Below, in pieces: positions 12,349 through 26,615 of a stretch of DNA of 64,000 nucleotides (positions are counted from its first letter, which is position 1; the number at the start of each line of letters is the position of its first letter). Under the pieces are notes generated by a model, which had not been told where the DNA came from, did not search any database, and worked only from the letters and a program-made list of their open reading frames with translations. This DNA is from Callorhinchus milii (lineage: Eukaryota). Both the position numbers and the translations under genes were made by a program. The stretch lies in the NCBI RefSeq assembly GCF_018977255.1, contig NW_024704745.1:15996001-16060000 (forward strand), given 5' to 3'.

Positions 12349-15091
12349 ACGCATATCACTATTGAATGTGTGTGGTCTAGAGGTTCTAGTTTATTTGCTA
12401 ATTTCCACTTTGTCTTCTGCAGGCCATCATCATCAGTATGCACTGTTAATCACATGGTTTCTTTATCATGTGGTCATAGGATCTGATTATTTTTAGCTAA
12501 TAATTATTCCCCTCTGGCTATTTCACGAGTTCCTTGTTACATTATGTCTTGTGTTTTGATAACCCAATGACTGAATCCAATAGATTCCCTATTGCTGTAG
12601 TTCCAAACTGTCATTAATTTTCAGGATTTTCAAGAACTACGCTTTAAGCAAACCATGGTGTGTTCGAAAGGGGCACAATCCCATCACCCAATAAACTGCC
12701 GAGTTGGGGCTAGGAATGCTGATTTATCCCCAATATTCTGTACTTTGCATAAATATCTCCATAAATGTAGCTCAATTATATAGACTAGAACTAGGGCTAG
12801 GCACTGTGAGACAATCACAGAAAGTAAATGAGCTGTAGGTAATGTTTATACTATACAGTATTTACTACAGACTAATGTAACCACTTGTACCGATGGCTTC
12901 AACGTTTTTCAACAGATCATTGGAACTAGGCAGGGTTGGAAACTTTATAGGATATCTTATTCCAATTTGTAACTGTCTATTTGACAGTTGGAAAAATGTA
13001 TAGGTAGTTTTAACACTGATTAACATTGTACATGATAAATGTCAGGGTAACCTAATCAGTTTACAGCATGTTATTGAGTTTTTAAAACTACTGTAATATA
13101 AAATATTTAGGAGGTTGAACTTATGGTTTTCATATCAATTTTGGTTTTTTCCTTTAGTGACTGATTTATTTGTCAGTTTAATTAATAAAATGTGGTGCTG
13201 CTGTTTTAATCAAATGGTTTAGTTTTAAATTTAAATATTGTATTGAGCAAACATTTCTTTTTCTCACATGAACATTTGCCACTTTCTTGTGTGCTTGTGT
13301 GCTTATAGCAACTAGTATCTGTTTAGAAATATTCCCTCTCAAGTAACTGTTTGAACAAGGTTTGAGTTTTTGTTGGGGCAAATTTGGATAAGTCATCTGC
13401 TGAAAACTTATTTTTCAACACATTACCAGATTGCTAAAGTTAAGAAGTCATCAGTTTTCATTGAGGATTCTAAAAAATATATTTGTTAAAAACAAATGTG
13501 TAATGTTTGATACTCTGGGGAAAATAGATTAGTTCTTACAATACTAGATTACAGACCAGAAAATTGAATATATTAACACTGTTTATTGTGGTAGCTTCAC
13601 AACATCTTTAAGATGATACTAGCTGTTGGCCTGGCTCAGTTGGTAGAACTTTCAGATGAGACATTGAACAAAATTCCTGTTTACATGTTCATGTGGACGT
13701 GATAGATCCTGTGGCACTTTTCAAAAACAGAAGGATATGCTGGATAACAATCCCCCAAATTTTAAAAAAAAGTCATTCATCTCATGGCCGTTTGGGGGCA
13801 ATACTCATTCATCTCATGGCCGTTTGGGGGCAATGCTCTGCGCAAATTGGCCACCATGTTTACTTAAAAATGCACAGTTGCTACACTTTGTAGAAAACTC
13901 TTTGAAGTGCTACGAGACATTTCAACACAATAAGTTACTATTGTATATCAAATTCAAAGATTGTTTTCTTATTATTAGTAAGCATTCTGTGGCAAGTTAT
14001 AAAGAATAAAATATTTCACCTGATTATGGCACTTTGGACAAGTTTTATAACCTTAAATGGAGCTCTGCGTGTGTTGGAGATCAGAGTAAACAGTTTCAAA
14101 TGTACTAGGGATACTTTGCACCACATTACAGCTGAATCATCCAGGCCTTCATAAATGTAATGAAGATTTTATGTGGCATAACCTCAGAGTAATTTTTAGA
14201 TTTCGACATTAACCTTTTTATTCCCTAGTTATACAACAATTCAAATGCATGCATCACCTGTGATCATATACTTTGTTGATCTTGCTGATTAATATACGTG
14301 TGGTCTAACTTTAATGTAAGACAGTCCTGTTGCATTCAGATCTCAGCCCTACTACAGAAACAAATGGTCACAGATTTCATGCTAGCACTAGCAAGCTTTT
14401 AAATACATCATGGTCTTCAGTAAAGTGCTTTTAAGTAATTAAGCTAAATATTCTCACATCTTTCCATGGTGAAAGAAACAATACTAAAGGGCAAGAAGGT
14501 TCTGTGAAATCCAAGTTCTCATTCAGAGGTTTTTCAAGATGGTCACTTAGTGAGGGATATTTTAGTAGAATGTATTAAATCCAGTTTGATTTAGGAATGG
14601 ACCATCCAATTTCCGTCAAGACTCCTTTGAGATATCTGGCACCCAATTAAATAGCCCTGAATCTTTGTAGGTGACAGGAATTTGCTCAGTTTCTTTCTGA
14701 AACCCTTTGAACTGATATCCAGTTTTCTTCTGTTGCCCTTATTTTGGAAGTCCTGATTAAAAAGATTTTCATATTTGTGATCATTCACATTTAAAAACTA
14801 ATTAGAATTGTTGTTAAAAATTATATTTGCTTCCTATGTTTTGTGAAAACACCGGGGGAAAATGAAATATTCAGTGTCTGCCGTTACATAATTAATTTGT
14901 AATTATCATTCATACCTTGTCTTGTCTCACTCATGTAACAAACTGGAATAAATTCCACTCATTTCAAAATGTTGAAACAATCTCAATTTCCAGTTTAATT
15001 CCTTTAAATTGTGAGGACCTGGGAATAACTTAAAATGCTTTCTGTATCCTCAATATAAGTTATTCAACTGTTTGTATCCTCGTTTCCACAG

Positions 15092-15329
15092 AGTAAGTTT
15101 GGATATGATGTCTGTCCAGGCCAACACAGGTCCTCCTTGGGAAAGGAAAAACAGCACAGCTTTTTGGAGAGGGCGTGACAGCCGAAGAGAGCGACTTGAG
15201 CTTGTGAAACTCAGCATCAAGCACCCCGACTTGATAGATGCTGCATTTACAAACTTTTTTTTCTTCCAACATAATGAAAGTGTTTATGGTCCAATAGTAA
15301 AGCATGTGTCGTTTTTTGACTTTTTTCAG
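15092..15329 (+). CDS. POGLUT2: POGLUT2 exon 6
   Basis: [16 protein letters not shown]...[16 protein letters not shown]...HVSFFDFFQ; AG/GT boundaries. Confidence 0.95.
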
Positions 15330-16472
15330 GTATGTGGTCATGGTTTTGATGTTACTCGATTCATGATTTAAAAGGTGTAGAAATGTATGACAGTGCTTTT
15401 TTAATACAATTTTATTATGTGTATGATTTTAATATGTGTACTTGTAAAATTACTTATACCCAGATCTATTCCTTAATTCTCCTCATTCTCACATTTAAAT
15501 CCCTCCATGATCTCGCCCGACCCCTACCTTTGCGATCTCCTTCAATCACATCAATTTGGCTGTTTCTTTTGCTCACCAAACACTGGTCTGCTTCATGTCC
15601 CCTGACCTATCTCCTCCACCACAGGCAGGTGCACTTAAAGCCATTTTGTCCTGATGTGAAAGGTGCTATTAGAAATGTAAATTGTATTGTATATATTAAG
15701 ACATTTCATAGGATTTTACAGACCAAAGAAAAAAAGATTAAAGCACCTTGGTATAGTAAGATGGGTATATTGAACAATCCTAACATTGTTCGTATTGATC
15801 ATACAACATTCTCTGGCAATTGTCCCATAACTAACAGGTATATCTCTATTCACATTTTATAAAATTCATTTAATTTGCAGCAGTATAATGAATTGCTCTC
15901 CCACTACATTTGAATCTCTGATAAGACATTTCTGATCGTAAAGAGGTATACACATTTGCAAAGAAGTATCGATGATGAAAACAGTGTCATGTGTGTTGTG
16001 CCTCATTAAGGCTGAAAAGCACATTACAAGAATGGGACCAAGTAAATACTCATCAATTTTGTACACTTCATTTTTGTTTCTGAATTCATAATTGGCATAC
16101 TTATATGGGTTCTGTTAGAAAAGTTGTGGCTTTCTATAGATGTGACATGAGACATGATGTTGGATAGAATGCACAATATGTTCTGGAAACGAGTGAAGCA
16201 AATATTAGTTCAGCCAAATTTTTTCGCATCATTGTTGGGTTATTGTGTGCATTAAACAAAGTTGATGATTTTTCATTGCAACAAAGTGGTACCAAATTGA
16301 TTCCGGTCAGTTTACCTGGCTCTACGGTGTTGAGTTGGCTGATCTCAGCCAGATCAGTAATTGAGGTTTACAATTACCCTCAGAACCCATAATTGCTGTC
16401 CAGAGACCACCACTGGAGGGACTCTGACAGGCCCCTTGGCCACTTTGGGTTATTTACCCAAAGTAAATATGA

Positions 16473-16785
16473 AGACCTGTAGCTCAGTGGTTAGAGCACT
16501 CGCCTTGCAAGCAAGACACCTGGGTTCAATTCCAGGCAGGGTAAAACCTTGGGCAAGTTTCCTTACTCCACACACCTAATAATAATCCCTCCAAAACAAA
16601 AAATAATAATAAATTGGTCATTTCAATCCACAACTATTTGTGGGACACTGCTGTGCGCAATTGGCTGCTGCGTTTCTCCCACAAATATACAGTCAATTCA
16701 CTTTACAGTCTATTCTGTGAAGCCCTTTGAGACATCGAGAAGACATAAAAAGCACTATATCAAATGCAAGGATTATTATATTATT
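16473..16785 (+). mobile_element. tRNA-derived SINE
   Basis: TAGCTCAGTGG A box, GTTCAATTC B box, Deu-like core, ATCAAATGCAAGGATTATTA tail. Confidence 0.88.
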
Positions 16786-17241
16786 ACCAGAATGAACCTG
16801 GTGCTTGCGAAACTATACCCGGAAAGAAGGAGCCAAAACATCTTTTGATGAGCATGACTAAAATTGATGTGAGGTGGGTGTGGGTGTGTGGAGGATATTC
16901 ATTTGATCTATAGTCAAGCTTTAATTGTATAGGTTGATAGCTTTGGGGTCATAATCTTATTGTCCTTGAGTCGAACAATGTAGACAACATTGACCTTGTA
17001 AAATTAAACTTTTATTCCTGGATTTTACAATGTAATAAAATATGCAGGTACGTTTTATAGACTTGGAAATGATGTACCCAAAAACCTTGAAGTATAATAT
17101 AAGTTTAAGTATAATAAAATTCTAAGGTGGAATTGTAAGGCTTCTGCTGACTAAAGGTTTATAAACAGAGTATTCCTAATTAGACATTGGAGGATGAAGA
17201 ACTTTGCTCCTCTTATCTATGTGCTACTTGAGATGTTTAAT

Positions 17242-17548
17242 GGAGTCCTCCTGTAGCTCAGTGGTTAGAGCACTCGCCTTGCAAGCGAGACACCTGGGTT
17301 CAATTCCAGGCGGGGCGAAACCTTGGGCAAGTTTCCTTACTCCACACGGCTAATAATAATCCCTCCAAAACAAATCAATAATAAATTGGTCATTTTCAAT
17401 CCACGACTGTTTGTGGGACACTGCTGTGTGCAATTGGCTGCCGCACATATATATTCAATTCACTTTACAGTCTATTCTGTGAAGCGCTTTGAGAGGTCGA
17501 GAAGATGTGAAAAGCGCTATATCAAATGCAAGGATTATTACTATTATT
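17242..17548 (+). mobile_element. tRNA-derived SINE
   Basis: Same family as 16473. Confidence 0.88.
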
Positions 17549-18303
17549 TAATAGCAACCTTCCAAGCACAAATAGAGATTTTTGAAAAATATATTATTCC
17601 ATGGTGGAGCAGAAATTAATATGAACGTTTCTATAGTCACCTTCTTATAGGTTGCTCTTTAGGGATAGAGGGCCTGATGTGAAATATGTTACTAATTCTA
17701 TAAAAGCATTCACATTAGCAGAAACTAGCAAACACTAGAATCAAGCTGACAACAAATTATAATGGCAGAAAAAGGAAATTTTATCTTACTGGAATTTCTT
17801 GGATTGATGAAATACTTGTTCACACTTTTGTACATTAAACATCTGTTGAATATTATCCTCATCTGTTAACATATAATGGAAACTGGAGATGTTCTGTAGC
17901 AATGGCCTAATTCACATTGCATTCCCATTGCTTCTACCACTAATTATTTAACCTTTATGTGAAAATCGTAGACATTTCACCATAGTTAGAAGCCATCGAG
18001 CCTCTGCTGATGCTAGATACTCCACTGAAGCTTACTTATTCTAATCCCAATTCTCTGCTCTTTCTCTGTAAAAAGAATGCATTGTATATAATTATTGGCA
18101 GTTTCTTTTTTTAAGTTGAATGTGAAGTGCAAGACAATGAATGCAAAATATTCAACTGGACTACCATTATACGTCTTCTCTGAATCACTCGACATTGGTG
18201 GCTTGGATGAAGAACTTTGCTCACCTGTGTGCTTCTATGATAAAAAATAAGTGCATTGGACCAGGTCTGAAAATGATCTAATATTTTCAAATTTTTTTTG
18301 TAG

Positions 18304-18513
18304 TCTAAGTATCAAATCAATATTGATGGTACGGTGGCAGCGTACAGAATGCCCTATTTGCTGGCGGGCAATAGTGTGATCCTGAAGCAAGAATCAATTT
18401 ATTATGAGCACTTCTACAATGAACTACAACCATGGCAACATTACATTCCTTTTAAGAGTGATTTAATTGACCTCTTGGACAAACTTCAATGGGCAAAATC
18501 TCATGATAAAGAG
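18304..18513 (+). CDS. POGLUT2: POGLUT2 exon 7
   Basis: [20 protein letters not shown]...YYEHFY...WAKSHDKE. Confidence 0.95.
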
Positions 18514-19770
18514 GTAATTTTCAATATGTGTAATTGTAGCGATCTCAGATTTCTGATGCCAGCTTTGATTTTACATTTTGATAACATGTTAAGCTCTTCA
18601 GAGTCATTGATCATCGTCCATGTTAGTTGACAGTTCTTCAGCACAGATCTTAAAGTACGTGACCACACCTAGGCTTTCTTAAATTGTCACGAACATGCAG
18701 AATTAATTTTTCAAAGATCAGAGTCCTACGTTGTAAAGATAAAATATATATTGGATCCATATTGCCTTCAGGGTTGTGGTATAGTGGCCGCTTAATTGCC
18801 TGTAGCTAGTTATTTTTGATCCATTTGAAGTAACTACATAATAACTATGGAAGTTGTGATTGGAGCAGAAAGCTTTCATGCATTTTGAGGGAACTTACTG
18901 TATATGTGAGATTAAACCCCAGAGTGGATGAGTTGAGCTGAATAGCCTGTTCCCATGTTATACATCATAGCTAATATTTAATTAACGGCTGGAACAAGTG
19001 GCTAGGAAGGCGAGTTGATGCCAGGATACTGGACTTGTTTCAAAAATCAGTTTGATGCAATGATGGGAGGATAGCAGGGTGGGTATTCTGGAAGGACAAG
19101 ATCAAATGTGTCTTATTTTGCAATAATTAACATTAAAAATTCATAGAAATGCATAAATTTTAAGATCAAAACATTGTGTGTATGCGAAGAGAAAATAAGT
19201 ATATTGCTTGTTTCATCCAGTCCCACTTTCCTGTCCATTTCCTTCACTCCACAAACAAAGGTCTGCTGTTTATCACTCACGTCCTTTGCCCCACCATTGG
19301 CAGCTGAGCTTTCAACTACGATGCTCCTACTTGCTGGAACTCTCTCCCGAAATCCCATTGCCTTGCACCTTCCCTTTCTGCTTACAAAACACTTCTAAAA
19401 GCCTACCTCTTTAACTGCACGTTCAGTCAACTCTCTCCCAGCCCCTATGCCATTTTCCCACCTTGCTTCAGTTTCCAATACTTTTCTATAAAGTGCTCTG
19501 AGATATCCTACATGAAGGGCACTGTATAACTACATATTGTTGTCTATCTGGGTTCTGAAAAATATTTTATGAATGGCCTCATTACAAAGGCCAAGGAAAA
19601 ATTGTTTGTGAGTATATGTATTGTACATTTGCTTTGTTCTTTCCATTTATACTGGTCCAGTGAAAAATCTCAATACTTTTTATGGTAGTCTGTTCCACAT
19701 TTGCTGTGATTAATTGTAACTATGCACAGGTTACTGAGACTTTTGTTCATTTTCCTGATATAATGTTTAG

Positions 19771-19860
19771 GCCAAAATTATCGCAGAAGCTGGACAAGAT
19801 TATGCTAGGAAGAATCTTATGGGAGATCACATCTTCTGTTACTATTTTAAACTTTTCCAG
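19771..19860 (+). CDS. POGLUT2: POGLUT2 exon 8
   Basis: [30 protein letters not shown]; TAG acceptor and GTATGT donor. Confidence 0.93.
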
Positions 19861-20966
19861 GTATGTAGAACTTTGTATTTNTACTCTGACAAACCCATCT
19901 AATACCTAAAAGCTCTAGACAGCTCTGAATAACTTTTAAATAAATAGCATTTATTTAGGTACAACTCTAAAATCCAATGCCCAATACCAATATTAAAAGG
20001 CAAATTGGTAGATCCATTCAAAATTGGCCAATTAAATAAATGACATTTTGTTACAAAATTTTATTTTTTAAAGAGTCGCTGACTTGATATTGCCATGTTT
20101 CATTCTGCTTTGAATGCTGCTGACTTCTGGTTCCCTAAACTCTCATTTTTATGCACTTATTTTATGCTTCCTCTGACATGACTAAACAGTAAGTGCAAAG
20201 TGTTTTATTACATTGATGAGAAACTCTTAATGCTTCAACTGTGCATTTCTTATACATTTTATCTTGTAAAGATGATTACAGATTCCTTTTTATTACTAGA
20301 TCTTTATCTTATGCAATAAACTTGTTAAACTTTGGAACTTGATAAAGGGCTGATTGAGAATAATTAAGACAAACTAAGGACTACTTGGAGCAGTAGCTGT
20401 ATGATTACTTTATGTCAAGGTCAAATACTTGTGATCAGAATAGTTACCTTAACTTTTGACAAGCAAGCTCTATGAAGAATGTTCCTTTAACTTATCCATT
20501 CAGACATGCATTGTATGACCTTTGGTCGAATGCTATCTCTAATCGGACAACAGTCCCCATCGTTGTACCATATTTATCTCAAATGATAAGATGTTTCTGT
20601 TACTCTAATTTTGAGTAATTACCAGTGAATACAGTTATTTCTGTAGACCAGTGTAAATATGTGTTGTCATGTTTGAAACTGGGGCATTCAATTAAGCTGA
20701 TGTAATGTTATCAGAGTAAATAAAAAGTAATTTCAATGATCAGATAATTGAAGCAAAGCATCACGGTGCGTCTCTAGATTTTATTGTCAGAGAACCTCTC
20801 CTCAGTTTGTTGCTGCTCCTCATCCTTTTTTCCTCTTGCTAAATTGTTGCATTGAGCCAAAGTAAGTTCTGAGTGTTATGATAGAAATTGAAACAATCCA
20901 ACAGAATATAGAAGAGAAATTGATAGTGAGTAAACATTAAAATATTATGTAACTTGCGTTCAACAG

Positions 20967-21071
20967 GAGTATGCTAATCTTCAGATTAGTGAACCAAAAA
21001 TACGGGATGGTATGGAACTAGTGGAGCAAACCAAAGATGACCTTTTCCCTTGCACATGTGATAGAACAAAG
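20967..21071 (+). CDS. POGLUT2: POGLUT2 exon 9
   Basis: [35 protein letters not shown]. Confidence 0.92.
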
Positions 21072-21641
21072 GTAGAGTATGGATTGAAAAGAAAGATTAC
21101 CTCAAGTGTGTCTTCTGGCACAACCCGCTTGTAATTTCACCCACAGAAATTTCAATACGAAAATTTCAATCTATTTCCCACTCCTCTGCCCCTCTATTCC
21201 CCTCTCCCATGCTTCTCTATTTCCCTCTCCCATTCTTCACTATTCCCTTCTCCCGTATCTCTCTATTCCTTGAACAATTGAAGGCACAAAGGGAATCAGA
21301 GTAAGCAGAAATATTTTGAACTTTAGAAATGAACCCTGAATAATTGCATTAGAATTTCAAGACCTGGACAAAGTAAAATATACTTAAAAAATAGATGTAA
21401 AGGTTAAAAGAATGTACAGTATGGAATCAGACCACTCAGCCCAAACATTCTGTGCCAGTGTTAACCCATTTGTTTTTATGTTGTATTGACAAAAACAGAA
21501 AGGGAAGATCATAACACAAAAGTAGCATTTTATAGGCATTGAAATCCTGCAAACATTTTACTGCTGTTCCCAAAGAATGTAATATGAATCGGTCTTTAAT
21601 TCTAGTGGGAATCTAAATACTTTATGTAATCTTAATTTCAG

Positions 21642-21659
21642 ATCAAAGATGAACTTTGA
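21642..21659 (+). CDS. POGLUT2: POGLUT2 exon 10 coding part: IKDEL-stop (ER retention signal)
   Basis: TTTCAG|ATC AAA GAT GAA CTT TGA; total CDS 1500 nt = 499 aa. Confidence 0.93.
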   Translation: MKDEL

Positions 21660-23054
21660 CCATGAAGATGAGGACTGACAGAAAAATAAAGAACAGACAC
21701 AAATTGATCAACTTCTAGTTTAACTTGATACATATTGATACAATACTAAGCATTATTGAAGACTTGTTCATGCTGCTATAAAGACATGGGAGAAAAGGGA
21801 TCAGCAATGTCAAAAGAAGCCATTTCATACCTGCAACAAAAATGTATTGCTCAGTAAAGTAAAAACCAAAGTTATTTAAATTTAGGTTTTATTAACAACA
21901 AACCATTCCAAATTTGAGTGTTTGGTTTTTGAGTGTCATTTAAACTATTTCAATGTTAAATACAGGAATATTCCTTTATTTCTTTAATTGCAAGGAAGTG
22001 GAACCTTTCTTCCAGTTTATGCTGTTGGCTGGGCCATCTCAGGTGCTGGAAAGAGATGTGGCACGACCGAGATGAAATTTCAATTTCCCTTTACCTAACC
22101 TAAAAATTGTTCTCAACTCGATTCTCAGAAAAGCACTAGCATGTTTTCATCTTTTTATATTTACTCTCTGCAAAACTGCTATATTGCCAAATTTGCAATG
22201 GTGTCAGTCCTGCAAACACAAGATAGCTCAATTGCTGTCCATCACATTGTTTACAGCGTTACTATAATTGCAAAATGTACTATTAATGTTTCCTAAAAAA
22301 TCAAAAACATAATTAGAATAAAAACTCCTGCACCTGCATCCCAATTCTATCAACATGGACATGAACTGTAAATGCTGGTTTGGATTTGAAGCTGTATTGC
22401 ATACCAGATCCAAGATTGTGACACCATCCCTGGTATATATAACATATCCATGAACGAATGCTTCCTCTTCTTGAATTGGCCATGCTTAGTAAATGCACTC
22501 TACAGAAATCAGCAGTGTTAAGATTGCGTGGAGTTTTCATTTGAGAATTGATGGTGGGGGGGGGGGGGGGGGGAGGGGAGGAAGAGAAAACTGACTACAC
22601 TGAAGTTGGAGATCAAATTGATGTTTAGGACTAAGTAACACATTTCAGTGCAGTTTTCTCCTGTAATGATGTTTACTTTGGAAGTTAAAATAAGACTACC
22701 AAAAGGCTCTATTGTAACATACTACAATGAACCTACATATTTGAACTGCATGTTCAGAGAAAATATCTTGTATGCTGGATTAGCTACTGGTTTGGTGAAA
22801 CCAGTTACAAATAAATAATTGTCTTAAATTAATCATGTAATCTCATGAGCATTCAGAATATGCAAGTTATACTTTCCTGTGCCACTGTTTAAAGTATTCA
22901 ATCAGAAAGAGTAGATCTTAAGATTTGAACTGGAAACAATTATTGCTATGTGTAATCATGAATAACCAAATGTTCACTTTATTATTCACAAGGTATTATT
23001 CTTATTGGAATGTTTTATATCATGCAGTTATTTTTGTTTTATAGTAAATTGTAA

Positions 23055-23060
23055 AATAAA
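23055..23060 (+). terminator. Candidate POGLUT2 polyadenylation signal
   Basis: AATAAA followed by U/GU-rich sequence, ~1.4 kb after the stop. Other AATAAA copies exist, so the choice is inferred. Confidence 0.45.
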
Positions 23061-23867
23061 TGCATATTCAAGATTATTTTTCTCTGCCTGTGGGTTAATA
23101 TTATAATATGGGGGATTCCGAATTTTTTTCTTAATGTGATGTATGCAATAACTTGCATTTATATAGCACCCCTTGCACAGGTAGCATCTTGAAGTGCTTA
23201 ACGAAGCTTACATAAGAATATTCATTAGTGATAGGAACCCAAAATTGAGGCTGATAACAAAACTCAAATTTCTGGTATTGTTTTTTTAAGCAAAAGTTAT
23301 GTTCAGGCAATACTATTGGAAACTGAGGCTAAACACTGTTCCCAACCCTCTGAAAGCTGCCTACACTCACTATTATTTCACCCTAAATGGAAAATTGTAC
23401 ACAGCACCAATGAATCTGTGCTTTTACAATCAATAACTCTAAATTAATAAACAGTACTATCTCAAAAAATACAAAAATGAAATTTGGAGGCACACTATTG
23501 TATTGATAATAAGAAAATGTAAAGTAACTAAATTGCAAAAACTAGAAAAATTAAGGACAAGAGTGCTGCCCTGACCTACTATTGCAGGGACAGTGAGAGC
23601 AGAAACAGTGGGACTCAACTCAGTCAAAGCTGTAATAAATGGCTATAAAGAAATCTCGGATCTTCTTGTAATTCACAGAATTGCAAGTAAAACATGTTTG
23701 CATATCATAGTGTGACCAAAGTGTCAGAGACAGTAATTGGTTCATTCACATGAAACCAGTGAAACGAGAGCTTGTACTGACTGCCTTGTACTTGCTGTGT
23801 GAGGAGGGGACTGACATCTGCGTTTGCAAATGACCAGAAGTGGGCGGTGCGAGCACAGGAGCTCAAC

Positions 23868-23885
23868 ATGAGCACCAGTGAGGAG
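23868..23885 (+). CDS. TEX30: TEX30 coding exon 1 (MSTSEE)
   Basis: AACATGA start context; GAG|GTGAG donor; joins in frame to VKLKIPFG as in human [15 protein letters not shown] box at ~23842. Confidence 0.75.
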
Positions 23886-24424
23886 GTGAGACATTTCCTG
23901 CCTCTGCAAATGGTGCATTTATTTTACTGCTGTTGAATTTTTGGAGTCGGTGCCTAACGCTTCACGTTATGAAGAGCGCTTTGCTCCCGTATATCTTTTT
24001 AGTAAATGCATTATGTATTGATTTACATCCTCTCCCAAACTGCAGGAACTGCAGTTAACGCTGACCAGATACGAGCAAATATAAGCATGTTCACTTGAAA
24101 TTTGCCTGGAGGAAATGAATGTATTAATCTTAATTACCTGAAGTAAATGCTTGACCTATTGATGGAATTTGTAAAGGAAACGGCTGAAACTGCCTAGAAC
24201 TTAAGTATTCCAGGAAACCAAGGGTGCATTTCCCCATATTATGTTCATATCAATTTTAGTTTAAAAGTAGGGAAACAAAATGAATTTGTGATCCTATTTA
24301 CCCACCCCACCAAAAAAAAATGATACAGTACTGCATGTGCTTTTCTGTTGAATTATAGCCATTGCAAGTTATTTTTGCAGCTTTGAGTTCACTGCATCTG
24401 AATCTGAAATGTGATAATAAATAA

Positions 24425-24688
<264 letters not shown>

Positions 24689-24772
24689 TAATCTTTCATT
24701 ATGAACACTGTATTTGCACTAAGCGCTTTGAGACCTCCTCCCGACTTGAAAGGTGCGATATAAGTGTAATGT

Positions 24773-25125
24773 GGGAGGCCAGCAGCATAGTGGTTAGCCC
24801 GTTCGCTTCGCAAGCAAGAAGACCCGGGTTCCATTCCTGGGCAGGGCGAAAGCGTACGCAAGTTTCCTTACTCCACACGCCTCCGTTTACCCAGCAATAA
24901 GTAGGAATTTGGTTTTTAGTTGATTGGCGGATCGCTTTCCCGGGGTAATAATCCCTCCAAAAAAACATTAGATTCACTCAATCCACGATTGTTTGTGGGA
25001 CACTGTTGTGCACAATTTGCTGCTGCGTTGCTCTCACAAAATACACAGTCAATCCACTTTACAGTATATTCTTTGAGACATCTCAACAAAGTGATAAAGC
25101 ATGATATCAAATACAAAGATTAGTA
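24773..25125 (+). mobile_element. tRNA-derived SINE with variant head, directly after an L2 tail fragment
   Basis: GCATAGTGGTTAGC...GGTTCCATTCC head; shared body CAAGTTTCCTTACTCCACAC. Confidence 0.8.
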
Positions 25126-25234
25126 TTAATAAATTGTACTGTGTAAATGATATTTATTTTCCAAATGTTATACAATTTTCTTGGCTTGAATTGTTTTGAA
25201 TTGTAACTTGTTATTTCAACAATAATTATTGCAG

Positions 25235-25286
25235 GAGCATGTAAAATCGTCAAAGGAATATGAAGTAAAAAGCTGGTTTCTTGGAG
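25235..25286 (+). CDS. TEX30: TEX30 exon 3 (GC donor)
   Basis: EHVKSSKEYEVKSWFLG-G aligns to human NYLKTSGEYKLAGVFLG-G; donor is G|GCAAGT. Confidence 0.85.
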
Positions 25287-25404
25287 GCAAGTGAACACAT
25301 TCCCCGTTTAAAAGAAGTTGCTGAAAAATATTTTAAAAATAAATGTGTGCGAAAAAGTGCTTTCTTCTAAAAAAAGTTCTGAAATTTTGATTATTAATAC
25401 ATGA

Positions 25405-25641
<237 letters not shown>

Positions 25642-25709
25642 TAGATTGAAATTTTCCTTACAATGAGAAAAGTGGGGAGGGGAAAAAGATCTATGGTAAC
25701 CTAATAATT

Positions 25710-26302
25710 CACCCACAAATATACGGTCAATTCACTTTACAGCATATTCTGTGAAGCGCTTTGAGACGTCTAGAAGACGTGAAAAGCGCTATATCAAATG
25801 CAAGGATTATTATTATGATTTGAGGTATCAGCTCAAACACAAATTGTGTGCCTCTTTAGTTGATAGCATTCTCTTCTCTGGGCTGAAGATTCTGGTTTCA
25901 AGCTCTACATTGGAATTCATTAGTTTACAGTCTACCTTCTGCCACTCTGCTCCTATCCTCTGGAACTCCATCCCACAGGCCCTCCGCCTCGCTCCCTCCC
26001 TTGCCTCTTTCAAGACCCATCTCAAGACCCTCCTCTTCGACCGTGCTTTCAATCTCCCTGCCTCCCTCTCTGCCCTCCACCCTCCCCAATCCCGACCCCT
26101 AGCCCGCGTCCGAAACACTGCACCTTGAGACGTCTTCCCGACGTGAAGGGCACTTTACAAATAATAATTATAATAATCCTTGCATTTGATATAGCGCTTT
26201 TCACGTCTTCTAGACGTCTCAAAGCACTTCACAGATTATGTGAATTGACTATATTTGTGGGCGAAACGCGGCAGCCAATTGCGCACAGCAGCGTCCCACA
26301 AT
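25710..26302. mobile_element. Cluster in TEX30 intron 4: SINE 3' end (+), L2 3' end (+), SINE 3' end (-)
   Basis: Family tails recognisable at ~25800, ~26150 and ~26170. Confidence 0.75.
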
Positions 26303-26447
26303 GTAATTTTGTTAACAATTCAGTTATGATTTTTAAATGTAATATACATTCATATATTTTATTTGGCTTCCTATCATACCTTGGTAGAGTGCTATGTTTA
26401 TACTGATAAAGAAGTTTAATTGTGTCTAAAATTATTTGTACATATAG

Positions 26448-26615
26448 AGCGTGTTGGAAAGAGTACTGAACCAAATGCCAGTGGCCGCTGAAGTACACTG
26501 GGTAGAAGGAGCTAGCCATGGAATGGAAGTTAAACAACGAGCAAGGGAAGACATTATGACTGAGATTAATACTAAGGTCCTTTCATGGATCCAGAAGATC
26601 CTACAAAAAAGATAA
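26448..26615 (+). CDS. TEX30: TEX30 exon 5 (last coding exon)
   Basis: SVLERVLNQMP...VHWVEGASHGM...EINTKVLSWIQKILQKR*; total 224 aa. Confidence 0.9.
   Translation, partial: SVLERVLNQMPVAAEVHWVEGASHGMEVKQRAREDIMTEINTKVLSWIQKILQKR

Noticed and set aside
13772-13834. ~32-bp tandem duplication (also a 16-bp repeat at 36301-36343)
   Set aside because: Slippage inside old SINE copies; not CRISPR-like, no spacer array.
16476-16545. tRNA-Ala-like sequences with A and B boxes, here and in other copies
   Set aside because: Each runs into the same SINE body and tail and lacks a proper acceptor stem; these are SINE heads, not tRNA genes.
21175-21272. Pyrimidine-rich imperfect repeat (CTCTATTCCCCTCTCCCAT)n in POGLUT2 intron 9
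   Set aside because: Ordinary low-complexity minisatellite; no evidence of function.
25751-26128. Recurrent small 'protein family' ORFs ([21 protein letters not shown]; [13 protein letters not shown])
   Set aside because: Translations of SINE tails, not a peptide gene family.
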